NCBI GenBank assembly: GCA_964016885.1
Contig: OZ024752.1
Location: forward strand, 43,834,001-43,898,000
Reading direction: 5' to 3'
Source of the DNA: Eledone cirrhosa
Taxonomy: Eukaryota
Length of the DNA stretch: 64,000 bases
Below are positions 1 through 15,911 of this stretch, piece by piece. The notes beneath the pieces were generated by a model. That model had not been told where the DNA came from. It searched no databases and saw nothing but the letters and a program-made list of their open reading frames with translations. Every line of letters starts with the position of its first letter. The first letter of the stretch is position 1. A program made the position numbers and the translations under genes.

Positions 1-372
1 ATATATACATATATATATATACATACATATATATACATATACATATATATATATACATACATATATATACATATATATATATACATACATATATATACAT
101 ATATATACATATATATATATACATACATATATATACATATATATATATACATACATATATATACATATATATATATATACACATATATATACATACATAT
201 ACATATATACATACATATACATATATATATATACATACATATACATATATACATACATATACATATATACATACATATACATATATATATATACATACAT
301 ATATATATATATACATACATATATATATATACATACATATACATATATACATATATATATATACATATATAT

Positions 373-405
<33 letters not shown>

Positions 406-668
406 CATACATATATATATATATACATACATATATATATACATACATATATATATATACATACATATATATATATATATATACATACATATATATATAT
501 ACATACATATATATATACATACATATATATATATACATACATATATATATATACATACATATATATATATACATACATATATATATATACATACATATAT
601 ATATATACATACATATATATATATACATACATATATATATATACATATATATATACATATATATATAC

Positions 669-719
<51 letters not shown>

Positions 720-844
720 CATATATATATATACATATATATATATATACATATATATATATACATATATACATATATATATATACATATATACATATAT
801 ATATATACATATATACATATATATATATATACATATATATATAC

Positions 845-875
<31 letters not shown>

Positions 876-1650
876 CATATATATATATACACATATATAT
901 ATACATACATATATATATACATATATATATACATACATATATATATACATATATATATATACATATATATATACATACATATATATATACATATATATAT
1001 ATACATATATATATACATATATATATACATATATATATATACATATATATATACATATATATATATATACATATATATATACATATATATATATATACAT
1101 ATATATATACATATATATATATACATATATATACATATATATATACATATATATATACATATATATATATACATATATATATACATACATATATATATAC
1201 ATATATATATACATACATATATATATACATATATATATATACATATATATATACATACATATATATATACATATATATATACATACATATATATATACAT
1301 ATATATATATACATATATATATACATATATATATACATATATATATATACATATATATATATACATATATATATACATATATATATACATATATATATAT
1401 ACATATATACATATATATATATATACATATATATATACATATATATATATATACATATATATATACATATATATATACACATATATATATACATATATAT
1501 ATATATACATATATATATACATATATATATATACATATATATATACATATATATATATATATACATATATATATACATATATATATACATATATATATAT
1601 ACATATATATATACATATATATATATACATATATATACATATATATATAC

Positions 1651-1681
<31 letters not shown>

Positions 1682-1718
1682 CATATATATATACATATAT
1701 ATATACATATATATATAC

Positions 1719-1765
<47 letters not shown>

Positions 1766-1880
1766 CATATATACATATATATATATACATATATATATAC
1801 ATATATATATATACATATATATATATACATATATATATATACATATATATATACATATATATATATACATATATATATAC

Positions 1881-1911
<31 letters not shown>

Positions 1912-2570
1912 CATATATATATACATATATATATATACATATATATATACATATATATACATATATATATACATATATATATATACATATATATATATAT
2001 ACATATATATATATACATATATATATACATATATATACATATATATATACATATATATACATATATATATACATATATATATATACATATATATATATAC
2101 ATATATATATACATATATATATATACATATATATATATACATATATATACATATATATATATACATATATATATACATATATATATATACATATATATAT
2201 ACATATATATATATACATATATATATATACACATATATATATATACATATATATATATACATATATATATATACATATATATATATATACATATATATAT
2301 ACATATATATATATACATATATATATATACATATATATATATACATATATATATATACATATATATATATACATATATATATACATATATATATATACAT
2401 ATATATATATACATATATATATATACATATATATATATACATATATATACATATATATACACACATATATATATACATATACATACATACATATATACAT
2501 ACATATATATACATATATATATACATACATATATATATACATACATATATATATATATATATATACATAC

Positions 2571-2618
<48 letters not shown>

Positions 2619-2881
2619 ATACATATATATATACATATATATATACATACATACATACATTATATACATATACATTATATACATATACATTATATACATA
2701 TACATTATATATATATACATTATATACATATACATATATATATATATATACATTATATACATATACATATATATATTATATACATATATATATTATATAC
2801 ATATATATATTATATACATATATATATTATATACATATATATACATATACATATATATATATATTATATACATATATATAC

Positions 2882-2913
<32 letters not shown>

Positions 2914-3161
2914 ATATACACATATATATATACATATACATATATACACATATATATATATACACATATATATATACATATACATATATACACATATATA
3001 TATACATATACATATATATATATATATATATACATACATATATACATATATACATATATATACATATATATACATATATATATATATACATATATATATA
3101 TACACACACATTCTAATAAATATTGCCTGTAGGTAATCAAAGTGTGTATACATTCTTGGGG

Positions 3162-3195
<34 letters not shown>
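1..3195. repeat. Very long compound (TA)n/(TACA)n microsatellite
   Basis: About 3.1 kb of almost only AT/AC dinucleotides; the overlapping YIYI ORFs are artefacts. Confidence 0.97.
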
Positions 3196-3196
<1 letters not shown>

Positions 3197-3629
3197 CAGG
3201 CCTCCTCGTGTGAGGGGGACATGGGTTATTTGAATCCACTTCATGAGTGTAACACGTTTTTCAACCGGAAAGATGTTTCTCTACAAGATTACTACTAATA
3301 ATAATACTAATATTACTAATACTAAATTACTGAGAACATCCATAGATAAACCTTACAATTATATATAGACAGGTAGATATATATATATATATAGATAGGT
3401 AGGTAGATATATATATATAGATATATATAATAGGTGTTGTATATTTACCTGCTAAAAGCAATCGTGTCAAAGTTTGAATGTGGAATCTGAAAACTGGTGA
3501 GATGAATCAAATGTGATGGTAGATGTGATGTGGCCGCCTCTAGTTATTATATGGAGGGTATCCGTAGTACACATGTCTTGAAATATACCCGGCTAGCTTC
3601 AACAGACAGATGATCCTTCAGTTTTATAC

Positions 3630-3663
<34 letters not shown>

Positions 3664-4243
3664 AATATATATCAGGTTTCCATTAAGGTACACATATATA
3701 TAATTTCCATTACGGTACACTATATATATAATAAAATATCTCAACGGCTATCTTTAATATAGATAGATAGATGATCCTTCATACACACATATATATATAG
3801 ATATATAGATATGTATAAATATATATATATCAGGTTTCCATTAAGGTACACATGAGCCTCTATATATATATATATATAAGTATTGGTATATATATATATA
3901 TCAACGGCAATTACGAACAACAGTGGAAATAATCGTAAAATCCTTCCTTCTTTCTTTCTGTTTATATTAAAATTGTGGAGGAATATTTGTTGTTGCTAAA
4001 CTTTTCTTTCTCTGGCACAAGATTCTCCTAAAATAATCCAATATTTGGCAAAATGTGTTTATGTTTGCGGAGGATGTGATTTTACTGAAGTGGTCGTCAC
4101 ATAGGTGTTGTTGTTGTTGTGGTATCTCAGTGAGTCTGAGATAAAGAAAGAGTAAGAGACAAATGAGAGAGGACTTCTACTACTCCTCTTATGTTTATAC
4201 ACACGCATGTGTATAGATATAGATATATATACACACACGCATG

Positions 4244-4285
<42 letters not shown>

Positions 4286-5167
4286 CACACACACATGTAT
4301 ATATATTATTAGTATCTATCGATATAGATAGATATTATTAGTATAGAAATGAAAAGTATAGAAATTAATGTGAGCAAGAAGCCAACAGTATTTCATAATA
4401 TATAATATTTATATATATATATATTTATTAAAATAACAGATATATATAATGTGTGTGTGTAAGTTTTGAACAGAAACCACGTAGACATAGGATATGGGAA
4501 TCAGGAAGGATGGAGAAAATAACTCAATAATTCTCTTTTTTTTTTAATAGAATTCTCAATATGGTGTTTAGAGAATTGTGTATTATTGGAGGTATTTTAT
4601 ATATAAAAATGGGGGGAAAGTGGATCGGACAGTGTCAATAAAACAACAATAAAGCAAGGGAGAGAGAGAGAGGGACAGATAGAGAGAGACTGATAGATGA
4701 GAGAGTGGGAGAGAGAGGGACAGATAAAGAGAGATAGAAAGACTGATAGATGATAGAGAGAGATGGAGAGATAGAATAAAATGGAAAACTAGTGAAAGGA
4801 AATATAGTCTTGGGGAGGGAAAGAGAAAGTATGTGTATATATATATATATACATACTTGAGATCAATTTACAAGATTAGCTTGCAGAAAATATAATTACT
4901 AAAATAAATATAAAACCAGAAATAGGGAAAAGTTTTACTTTAAAAAAAAATAATTTCACTAAAATTAATTTTAAAAATCTTCATTTAATTTTTTTTCTCA
5001 TTTTTGGCAAAACTACAATTAATAATAATATAAGAGAGTAAAATCGAGAAGTTGTTTTGTTGAGGGGTGGAGAAAAATTAAAAAAATGTTGAAAAATATC
5101 AACTAACCGAGAGAAAAATATGTGAAAGGAAGAAGTTGTAAAATAATTCTTAAAGAGAAATAAAACA

Positions 5168-5215
5168 AAAAATGGCGACAAAACCCACCAAGTCTTTCTG
5201 CCCGCACGCGCGTAC
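5168..5215. promoter_or_regulatory. Candidate core promoter (YY1-like and NRF1-like motifs)
   Basis: AAAATGGCG near 5168-5178 and CGCACGCGCG near 5203-5212 form a CpG-rich patch in AT-rich DNA; motif match only. Confidence 0.35.
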
Positions 5216-5948
5216 TGCCCTTCTCTCTTTACTTTCTCTCTATCTACCTTACACTTAGATTTCCCTCTCTCTTTCTATTAGTCTATCTCTTGCTTTTGCT
5301 CTCTCACTATCTCTCCCGTTTTATTTACTCCCTCTCCTCCTCTCTATATCTTTATGACCTTTCTCTCCCTCTCTATGTTTTTATGTCCTTTCTCTCCGAC
5401 TCCTTCTCTCTATATCTTCTTTGTCCTTTCTCTTCCGTTCCTTTCCCTCTCTATATCGTTATGTAATCTCTTTCTATCACTCATTAACTTCCTTTCCTTT
5501 ATCTAAATATCTCTCTCTCTCATTACCTTTATGTATCTTTTACATTTGTCTCTCGTTCTCTATCACTCTACCTCTAACACGACTTATATACGTAGTCGTT
5601 ATTTTTTGTTTGCAGTTTTTGCTGCGTTTCATTCGTTGAAATCTATTTCGATTGCCTCCCCTTAGTTTATAGTTTACACGCTAGGAACGCTGTACTGTGT
5701 TGTGTGTCATAGTTTGTATCACACACATATATAGATATACCCATACACATGTAGATAGATATATACACACACATATATATATAGAGAGAGAGAGATATAC
5801 ACATACATATATAGATATATATACACACATATATATATATATAGATACACACACATACATATATATAGAGAGAGATACATAAATACGTACATATATACAC
5901 ACATAGATATATAGATATACACATGCATACATAAATACGTACATATAT

Positions 5949-5990
<42 letters not shown>

Positions 5991-8900
5991 ATATATATAT
6001 ATATATATATGTATGTGTGTATATATATATATATATGGATATACACACATACATATATATATAGATACACACATATATATATATATATATATAGATATAC
6101 ACATGCATACATAAATACGTACATATATACACACATACATATATACTTACATATATATATATATACATACACAAACGTGTAGATTTATGTGTATGTGTGC
6201 ATTTTTATGTGTTTAGATTTACGTACGTATGCGTATATTGATTTGAAAGTGCGCATATCGATTTGTGTTTGTGCATACATCAAACTGTATATGAGTATGT
6301 GCGGCGGGTGTATCGATTTGTGAGCTTAAACGACAATATATCTATTATATATTTATATCTATAATTATATGTATATATACGAAGCAGGAAGTGATATACA
6401 GAGTCCGGGTTCGAATCCTAGTTGCAACTTCTGCTCTTGCAGTTAAACTGACAATATATCTTAAGAAATGGACTTAACAGTCGCTACATATAACTAGGGG
6501 TTAAGGGGTTAACTAGGGATTACATATAACTAGGGACTAATTCTCATTTCAAAAGGTCGCAGTATCATCTCCGTTTATCGTTTAAATCTGAGAAATATTT
6601 ACCATCTTAAAATCGTGTATTCAGAAATTGTGAAAGGTCTCCTTTTTATACACTTGGTAAACACAATCTTGTAACGCATATACATACATGTATGTATGTA
6701 TAGATACAGACATGCATAAATACATACATACATAAATAAATACAGACATACATACAGACATAAATACATACATGCAGATGGAAACATACAGACATGTTAT
6801 AGGAATGAGGAAAGGGAACTCAGTGACGATTGTGAAAGAGGTGAATGAAAGTGAAAGAAATTATAGAGACGTGTATTAGATGAATAAATTGATGTGTGAG
6901 ATAATGACATAGTAGGAGGCTGGAAATAGTAGCCAGTGAGATGTACAGGTAAAATGAAATGTAGAGAAAAAAAAAGTCTTGAAGTAGAAAGGTTAAGAAT
7001 TAGTAAAATGAAACAAATAAACTATTATAAAGGATTTCAACAAGATGGTAAAGACAAACTGTTGATGGAAGAGTCTTTACTGTAGACTGGGTATTGAACT
7101 AGTGATGGAAGGGACTTTACTGTAGACTGGGTATTGAACTATTGATGGAAGGGGCTTCCAGTGAAGCGAGTAACAAGATCTGGACTTTAGGGGAAAGACC
7201 CTTCCAAGTAGAGAAATCAGTCGTTAAATGATACTAAATCAGTCATTAAATGAAACCACAACAAAAGACATCTTACCTAATCTGTGAGGTGGTCTTACTG
7301 GTACCATGAAAAAAGCTCCCAATATACACTGTAAGGTGGTTGGTGTTAAGAGGGCATCCAACTGTAGAAGACCAAGTCAAAAATGGAACATATGAGCAAA
7401 ATATTGCCACCTGAACTGTTTTGTCTCAGAATGTGACAACCTAACTCGAGCAAGCACAGAAATAGTTGTTAAATTGTGATAACAATCATTTTACACCTGC
7501 TTTTCCATGTTTACATGGGTTATATATATATTTCTATATTGTATATATATATTTAATTTGTATATATATGTTTATATACTGTATGTATATATTGATATTG
7601 TATATATATGTTTATTATGTTTTGTATATATATATATATTTCTATATTGTATATATATGAAAACAATAGGTGAATGTATCTTGATGATGGTGTCATATCC
7701 ATTAATGTTTGAAGATTTTAGCACTCATCTCTTTTGTCATCCATTATCAAACTTCATTTATCATTTATTTCTCTTCAATGATGGCTGTCATCATCAGCAT
7801 CATCATTGATATCATCATCATCATTGACATCATCATCATCATCATCCCTATCATCAAAATTGTCATTGTATCATGGCACCTGCACTACTATTTTACCAAA
7901 TGTACTCAGTCATCATGAGAGTATATCAGTCATAGTTAGTATAATGGTTAACTTACCCATTTGTCACATGCAAGGCTGGGTTTCAATTTTCTGCTGAGGT
8001 GGCAAAACCTACAAATTGTAGTGCCCCAGCATGGCCACAACCTACGGGCTGTAACAGAGAAAAGAAGAAAAGAAGTTAGAATTTTCTAAATTCCAGTCTG
8101 TGATTTTTAGCCAGATGCAGCTGTTTAAATTGCAATAATATATCACAACATTTCAACAATTTACATTTGGTTTACATGGCTGCTATATCTGTCAATAAGT
8201 TCAGTCTGTGATTGTCTGCTAATGAATGTGATATATATATACACTCACAAAAACATACATTTATGAAGGCATGCAGATACATAGACACTCACATACATGT
8301 ACACACACACACATACATGTACACACACATATACATGTACACACACACATACATGTCCCTAGTATAGGTCTTTGAAAATGAGATAAAGTGAGAGAAAAAG
8401 AGAATAAGATTTCTTTCTTGTAGATACAGACTCCTTTTTCCATATTTTTGGTTTTTCTCAATAAAAATTAATTCTATATTGTTTATTTATTTATTTATAA
8501 ACTACAATCTTTTTTATTTATTTATGTATTTCTTTTATTTCTTTTCCATTTTCTGGGGAGAAGGGGTTGTTGTTGTAAAATCCTTCCTAAATTCTACTGT
8601 CAAATAGTACCATATTTTATAATCTCATCATCACGCCCACCATGGTTGATTGATCAACTGAATGCTCATTGTTGAAATCAGTGAAGCATCCATCACCATC
8701 TGATGTGTACCTCCTGTATTTAGAAAGAGATGGTTGGGGTTGTGGTAGATTTGAGCGAGATTTTAACAACTAAATCTAATAGGCCAAATGTCCATCTTGC
8801 TGGCTTGATAGAAAATGTCAAATATTTCATGACTTTACGTTTGCTGGGTTCATCCAGTTTAGAATGTGTAAAACCATAAACCTGTGTGTTGTAAAAGGTA

Positions 8901-9435
8901 ACTAAAAGTGTTGCCACAAGGAAGGACACCAAACGTAAAATATTGCCTCAAAAAGGTCCTCATGAAGCCATTGGTGGCCCCACAAACTTAACCCCGATTT
9001 GGCCATCAAATATCTGCTGTTTCATCAAATTGTTTGCCTTCCTTCTACAGGGGGCTACACTAATCTCTATAAGTTAACCCAGAAGTTACTGTATAAGAAC
9101 AAGCTACATTGACAGGGATGTAAATATACAAAGATGAGAGAGATGCTTAACCCATATATTATGACTGTAGACATATATTTACATACACATATATCATGTG
9201 CACACACACACATATACACACACACACACTTGTGTACATTGGTACACAGATAGACATATACAGAAAAATATATGTATGTATATATATATATATGTGTGTG
9301 TGTATATATCATTTTATCATCATATATATATATATATATATATAAATGAGAGGTATAGAGATTGTTTTAGCAAGAAGCTAACGGCATTCTATAACATATA
9401 TGCGACTATAACGTCAAGATGGGAAAAGTAGTTAA

Positions 9436-9540
<105 letters not shown>

Positions 9541-9657
9541 TATATACATATATATATATATATATTATATACACTCATGCATACTCTTGTATGTACTTAC
9601 ATATCTGGGTCTGTATAGGTACACATATATATAGGAATATATGTACACTTGCAATCT

Positions 9658-9698
<41 letters not shown>

Positions 9699-9909
9699 GT
9701 CTGTCTGTGTGGGTGTGTGCTATATATATATATTGAATAAACAAACACATACATATACATATATATATACACACACACATACATACAAATTTATCAATGT
9801 TTTATATCTGTTAGAAGTTGGCCTGTCATGTAATATGAATTATTTCAATGTAGAAAATCTCGTAAAATACACCATCACATTCTTGTCTTTATTTATTTGT
9901 TGCAGATTG

Positions 9910-9945
<36 letters not shown>

Positions 9946-9966
9946 TATATACACACCTATATATAG

Positions 9967-10035
<69 letters not shown>

Positions 10036-10098
10036 TATATACAAGCATACATACATACATACATACATATATATATACATACATACAGGTGTGTGTGT

Positions 10099-10550
10099 AT
10101 CATCATCATCATCGTTTAACGTCCATCTTCCACGCTTGCATGGGTTTGGACGGGAGTTTTCTCACTTGAGGCAAGATTGGTTGTCCTGCTCGTATAGGAC
10201 TGTCTGGCGGGTTTTCTACGGCTGGATGCCCTTCCCAACACCAACCACGTTTACAGTGTGGACTGGGAGGTTTTTACCGTGTTACCTACACGGCCACATT
10301 ACAGCATGGACTGTGTGTTTTTTTGTTGTGACACCTACATGACCTCATTTGTTTCGGACTGGATGTTGTGGTACCAACATAACTTCACATTTAAGGTGGT
10401 GGTGTGGATGGGGTGGGGGTATTAGGACGGGGTTGTATTTTGTTAGAGGTGCCTACTGACTGTAGGTTTCGCTTTGTACTTAGGCAAGGAGGGTCTTCTG
10501 AATAACTGTGTAGCGCCAAAGATCTCAGTCCAGTGACATTGTCTTGGAGA
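10099..10550 (-). mobile_element. RTE-clade LINE 3' fragment with (CAT)n tail
   Basis: Near-identical to the 3' end of the RT-bearing element at 18092-18551. Confidence 0.85.
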
Positions 10551-10895
10551 TATATATAGTTTTTGTGAAATAGTCTTCAAGACTATACAGAGCATTTGTA
10601 GTTGTCCCAAATTGAAGGATGAGTATTTTAAACTTTATTTTATCATGAGTTAAGGCTCTATTGATTTTTCCCTGGATTTCACTAAATTCTGTTGGATGAA
10701 TCTATATCCTGATTCTTTTTGAGTTGAGTTTGAATTATTTTTCCCACATCTTACGTTAACTATTTTTCCCATTTTGATGCTATAGTCACTTATATATTAT
10801 GGAATACTGTTGGCTTTTTGCTACAATATTTTCTATACCTTTCATTTATATATATATATATATATATATATACAAGCATACATGCATACATTCAT

Positions 10896-10958
<63 letters not shown>

Positions 10959-11152
10959 CATGAGGTAGAGGAGTAAGCTAGTTATTAACCTCTTAGCAAG
11001 AAGTGTGCTGTTGTGAATATTTAAGGTAAAACACAAGATGACATAAAAGTTGTGACGACAATAAATTCACAGAAATATTCAGCTTTTGTTTAAATCTCTT
11101 TTCTATCATAAAACTTCCCCCTCACCACTGTTTGGTGGTGGAGTGGTGGAGT

Positions 11153-11827
11153 GGTGGAGTGGTGGTGTGGTGGTGTGGTGCTGTGGTGGAGTGATGGAGT
11201 AGTGGTGTGGTAGTGGTGGTGTGGTAGTGTGGTGGTGTGGTGGAATGGTGGAGTGGTGGTGTGGTAGTGTGGTGGAGTGGTGGTGTGGTAGTGTGGTGGT
11301 GTGGTGGAGTTGTGGTGTGGTAGTGTGGTGGTGGAGTGGTGTGGTGGTGTGGTAGAGTGGTGGTGTGGTGGAGTGGTGGTGTGGTGGAGTGGTGGTGTGG
11401 TAGTGTGGTGGTGGAGTGGTGGTGTAGTGGTGTGGTAGAGTGGTGGTGTGGTAGTGTGGTGTGGAGCGGTGTGGTAGAGTGGTGGTGTGGTAGTGTGGTG
11501 TGGAGTGGTGTGGTGGAGTGGTAGTGTGGTGGAGTGGTGGTGTGGTAGAGTGGTGTGGTGGACTGGTGGTGTGGTAGAGTGGTGTGGTGGACTGGTGGTG
11601 TGGTAGTGTGCTGGTGGAGTGGTGTGGTGGTGTGGTGGTGTGGTAGTGTGGTAGTGAGGTGGAGTGGTGGTGTGGTAGAGTGGTGGTGTGGTGGTGTGGT
11701 AGTGTGGTGGTGTGGTGGAGTGGTAGTGTGGTGGTGTGGTGGAGTGGTGGAGTGGTAGTGTGGTGGTGTGGTGGAGTGGTGGAGTGATAGTGTGGTGGTG
11801 TGGTGGAGTGGTGGTATAGTGGAGTGG
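11153..11827. repeat. G-rich (GGT/GGA/GT) degenerate simple repeat
   Basis: Repeated gtggtggagtggtggtgtggta-like units; source of the HHTTTPP pseudo-ORF. Confidence 0.92.
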
Positions 11828-11881
11828 TTGTTAAGAATGATAAGGCAAGTTATTTTACATATCTCATTCACTGAATACAAC

Positions 11882-12044
11882 TATCTTCTAACAGATTACA
11901 TTGAGTTCTAACTACGGTATAGACCCTACCGTGAAAGGTAGACACATTGAATCATCATCAAATGATGATGATGGTTCAATGTGTCTACCTTTCACGGTAG
12001 GGTCTATACCGTAGTTAGAACTCAATGTAATCTGTTAGAAGATA
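11882..12044. repeat. Perfect 70-bp inverted repeat with 23-nt spacer
   Basis: 11882-11951 is the exact reverse complement of 11975-12044. Confidence 0.95.
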
Positions 12045-12340
12045 CACATATATATCTTATTCCGTTTGAATATACACATATATATATATATATGATGATG
12101 ATGATATATATATATATATCATCATCGTCAGCGTTTAACATCTTTCTTCCACGCTAGCATGCGTTAAACAGGAATTGTCCCACTTGATGCAAGATTGGTC
12201 GGGTGACCATGTCTCGCTTGTATTTATATATATATACATATATAAAAGCGTTGAAAGTCCGAGACCTCCAGCAGACAACTGAAGAGGGGACCTGTCTCTT
12301 GTTTGTACTTTCCTTTCATTTCTAAATACACCTTATCTTC

Positions 12341-12427
<87 letters not shown>

Positions 12428-14048
12428 TTGAAAGAAGCAGTTTAATAAGAGGATCAAGTTAAATATAGTGATGTATGAAGCTAATAATGATTGTAAACAA
12501 TTGTAAAGCAGAGAAAGATTGAATCAATAAAATTTGGTGCCAGACAGTTGAATATTTGGCAATGATTATGGCAAGACAAGAGATTCTGGTGTAAAACAAG
12601 ATGATGTACTTTTAAATTATTAATGTTCTTTATAGAAATATATATGTCCATGTCTTCATGAATATCTGTACAAGTGTATGTGTGTGTGCATGGGTATGTG
12701 AGTGTGTGTGTGAATGTATGTGTGTGAATGTATGTGTGTATGTGTGGGTGAATGTGTGTATATGTGTGAATGTGTATGCATGTGTGTGTATGTATGTGAA
12801 TGTGTGTGTATGTATGTGTATTGTTATCCTGTATTGTTGGTTTCAGTCATTGGAGTCGGCCATATTGGAGGCCAACCTTCAAGAAACTGGAGTTGATCAA
12901 CTCTAGTTATTCTAGTCTCAACATATTGAATCAATGTTTATTTACGGAACAAAAGGTGACACCACATAAACAGCAACAAACACTACAACTTTACAGAGTG
13001 GACTGGGAGTATTTTACTGTGACACAGACACTACAACTTTACAGAGTGGACTGGGTGTATTTTATCATGGCATTAGCACTCCTAATTTACAGAGTGGACT
13101 GGGTGTATTTTATCATAGCACCAGCACTTTACAGAATTTGTGCCAGGAAGAGTATCTGGTTTAGAATGGGCCCATCATATACCTACATGTTGACAGAGGT
13201 GACTAAAAGGATTGGTACCAGGAAGGGTATCTGACTTTACCTCAAAAGGGATCCCATGATCAACACAAAGTCTGTGATGGGTCTTCCTGCAAGGTTTAAA
13301 CAGTTAAAACAATGGTTGGTTGTAGTAGACATTTATTTTCTCTGTGAAAGCCAGCCTCATCATGGCTTACCTCATGACCAGTTATCATTCTCTGAGCTTT
13401 TTTTTTAAAAGTTTTGATAACGTCAATAAAAATGTCCACAACTGTCAAATTAATTCAATTACCCCCCCAGCCACTGTAATATATCATATACTTGCATTAC
13501 ATGTCTCCTGCTTGTGCAGCTGCATCTCCTACATACACCAGTAAATGCTTTTTTTATATTTGCTTTCTTTCTCAACTCCTATTGCACTTAGTTTTTCTAA
13601 TATATTAACTTCCTACATTCCAAAACAACACCATTTGCATTCACAACTACGAATATTGAATTAACTTCTATTTTATTTATATTATATTATTTTCATTTTT
13701 ATTGTTTTTGCTGTTATTTTATATTTACTTCTTTACCAACTGCTACTCTGCTAAATCCCTCGAGTATTAATGGCATTAGAATGTTTCATGTCCATAATAA
13801 ATGATACTGTCTGCTTGGAGAGAATATATTATTTTCTCCCCATTTCATCCAATTATTATTTCCCTCCCTTCTTCATTAATTCAACTAGTCGATATATCAA
13901 TATTTCATTTATAATTCCTCAATCAGGCAGAAACACAATACCTCGAAAACATTCTTCTATTTATTTAGTTCCTCTTTGATCCGTGAAGAGTTCAGATCCC
14001 ACTGGGAGAGGAATATATCGATGACATTCATTTTTCATGTTTTTTCTT

Positions 14049-14402
14049 GGTCATATATAGAGCTGCCATTGTAAATGCTACATGGTCATATATAGAGCTG
14101 CCATTGTAAATGCTACATGGTCATATATAGAGCTGCCATCATAAATGCTACATGGCCATATATAGAGCTGCCATCGTAAATGCTACATGGCCATATATAG
14201 AGCTGCCATCGTAAATGCTACATGGCCATATATAGAGCTGCCATCGTAAATGCTACATGGCCATATATAGAGCTGCCATCATAAATGTTACATGGCCATA
14301 TATAGAGATGCCACCATAAATGCTACATGGCCATATATAGAGCTGCCATCATAAATGCTACATGGCCATATATAGAGCTGCCATCGTAAATGCTACATGG
14401 CC
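14049..14402. repeat. 35-bp minisatellite, about 10 copies
   Basis: Unit catggccatatatagagctgccatcgtaaatgcta. Confidence 0.95.
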
Positions 14403-14517
14403 AAGTGGTTAAGAAGCTCACTTTGTAAACATCAGGTCTCAGGTTTGAGCCATGGTGGAGTGTCTTGGGCTCATGTCATTTACTATAACATCAGGTTGAC
14501 CAAAGCCTTACTAAAGA

Positions 14518-14673
14518 AACTTGGTAGACAGGAACTGTTTGGAAGCCCATCAGTTGGACTGTACCTGTAATTAGTGGAACTTGGTAGACAGAAACTGTTT
14601 GGAAGCCCATCAATTGGACTGTACCTGTAATTAGAGGAACTTGGTAGACAGAAACTGTTTGGAAGCCCATCAG
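14518..14673. repeat. 60-bp tandem repeat (about 2.6 copies) within a SINE-like element
   Basis: Lines 14521, 14581 and 14641 all begin ttggtagaca(g/r)aactgtttggaagcccat. Confidence 0.85.
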
Positions 14674-15032
14674 TTCGATTTTGAATTGGGTGGTTTTGTT
14701 TAACAGGACCAGAGAGGGTTTTAGGCAGCTTGGCATCAAAAAGGTTGTCCTTGCACCTTGGTGCAACTATATCAAAGTTATTAGTGTACTAGGGGAAATG
14801 TAATCAAGTTCACTAAACTGTACTGAAAACTACTATAACGATAGTACACAATAAATATGTCTGAATCACTGATAAAATAATTTGGTATTCTAACTATAAG
14901 TTAATACCTCCCTATTTATATAAGGCTCTATAGATAATCAATGATCGAAATCTCTTGAAAACATATTTGCCTGGGATAGAGAGAGATAATTGAATTGTAG
15001 AGAGTACAACCACTAGATAGGTTAGCAATATC

Positions 15033-15665
15033 TGTGTTGTATATGTTGACTGTACTTCATACATTAGAAATATGCGTTGACACTGTACTTCATACATTAA
15101 AAATATGCGTTGACACTGTACTTCATACATTAGAAATATGTGTTGACACTGTACTTCATACATTAGAAATATGTGTTGTATGTGTTGACTGTACTTCATA
15201 CATTAGAAATATGTGTTGTATATATTGACTGTACTTCATACATTAGAAATATGTGTTGTATATATTGACTGTACTTCATACATTAGAAATATGTTGTATG
15301 TGTTGACTGTACTTCATACATTAGAAATATGTGTTGTATGTGTTGACTATACTTCATACATTAGAAATATGTGTTGTATATATTGACTGTACTTCATACA
15401 TTAGAAATATGTGTTGTATGTGTTGACTGTACTTCATACATTAGAGAAATATGTGTTGTATATATTGACTGTACTTCATACATTAGAAATATGTTGTATG
15501 TGTTGACTGTACTTCATACATTAGAAATATGTGTTGTATGTGTTGACTATACTTCATACATTAGAAATATGTGTTGTATATATTGACTGTACTTCATACA
15601 TTAGAAATATGTTGTATGTGTTGACTGTACTTCATACATTAGAAATATGTGTTGTATATATTGAC
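15033..15665. repeat. About 40-bp minisatellite, about 16 copies with length variants
   Basis: Unit tgtgttgtatatattgactgtacttcatacattagaaata. Confidence 0.95.
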
Positions 15666-15911
15666 ACAGCAAAGCCATAACCTCATCTCTTTAGCTTCAA
15701 TAAAGTATCTCTACTTACTATTAATATACAGGTGGTGACTTTCAATGTCGGTTGTCTTGTAGTATTTGTTCCACCATTTTATCATGACTCCGGCACTTTA
15801 CCGATTAAACTGGAGGCTGAGGGACCGGCACTATTGCCTTATATGGTGATCATAGTAGATTGATTTTCTGGTATGAGGAAGGAAATATGAAAGAAAATTA
15901 TTGTAATTGAT

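Noticed and set aside
6385-6430. GGTTCGAATCC B-box as a tRNA gene
   Set aside because: No cloverleaf or acceptor stem; most likely a SINE head remnant.
8698-8760. SDVYLLYLERDGWGCG resembling a non-LTR retroelement motif
   Set aside because: Too short and degenerate to call.
11122-11880. 252-aa His/Thr/Pro-rich ORF as a structural or mucin-like protein
   Set aside because: It comes from a degenerate GGT/GT repeat, has no signal peptide or clear splice context, and is open on the other strand too.
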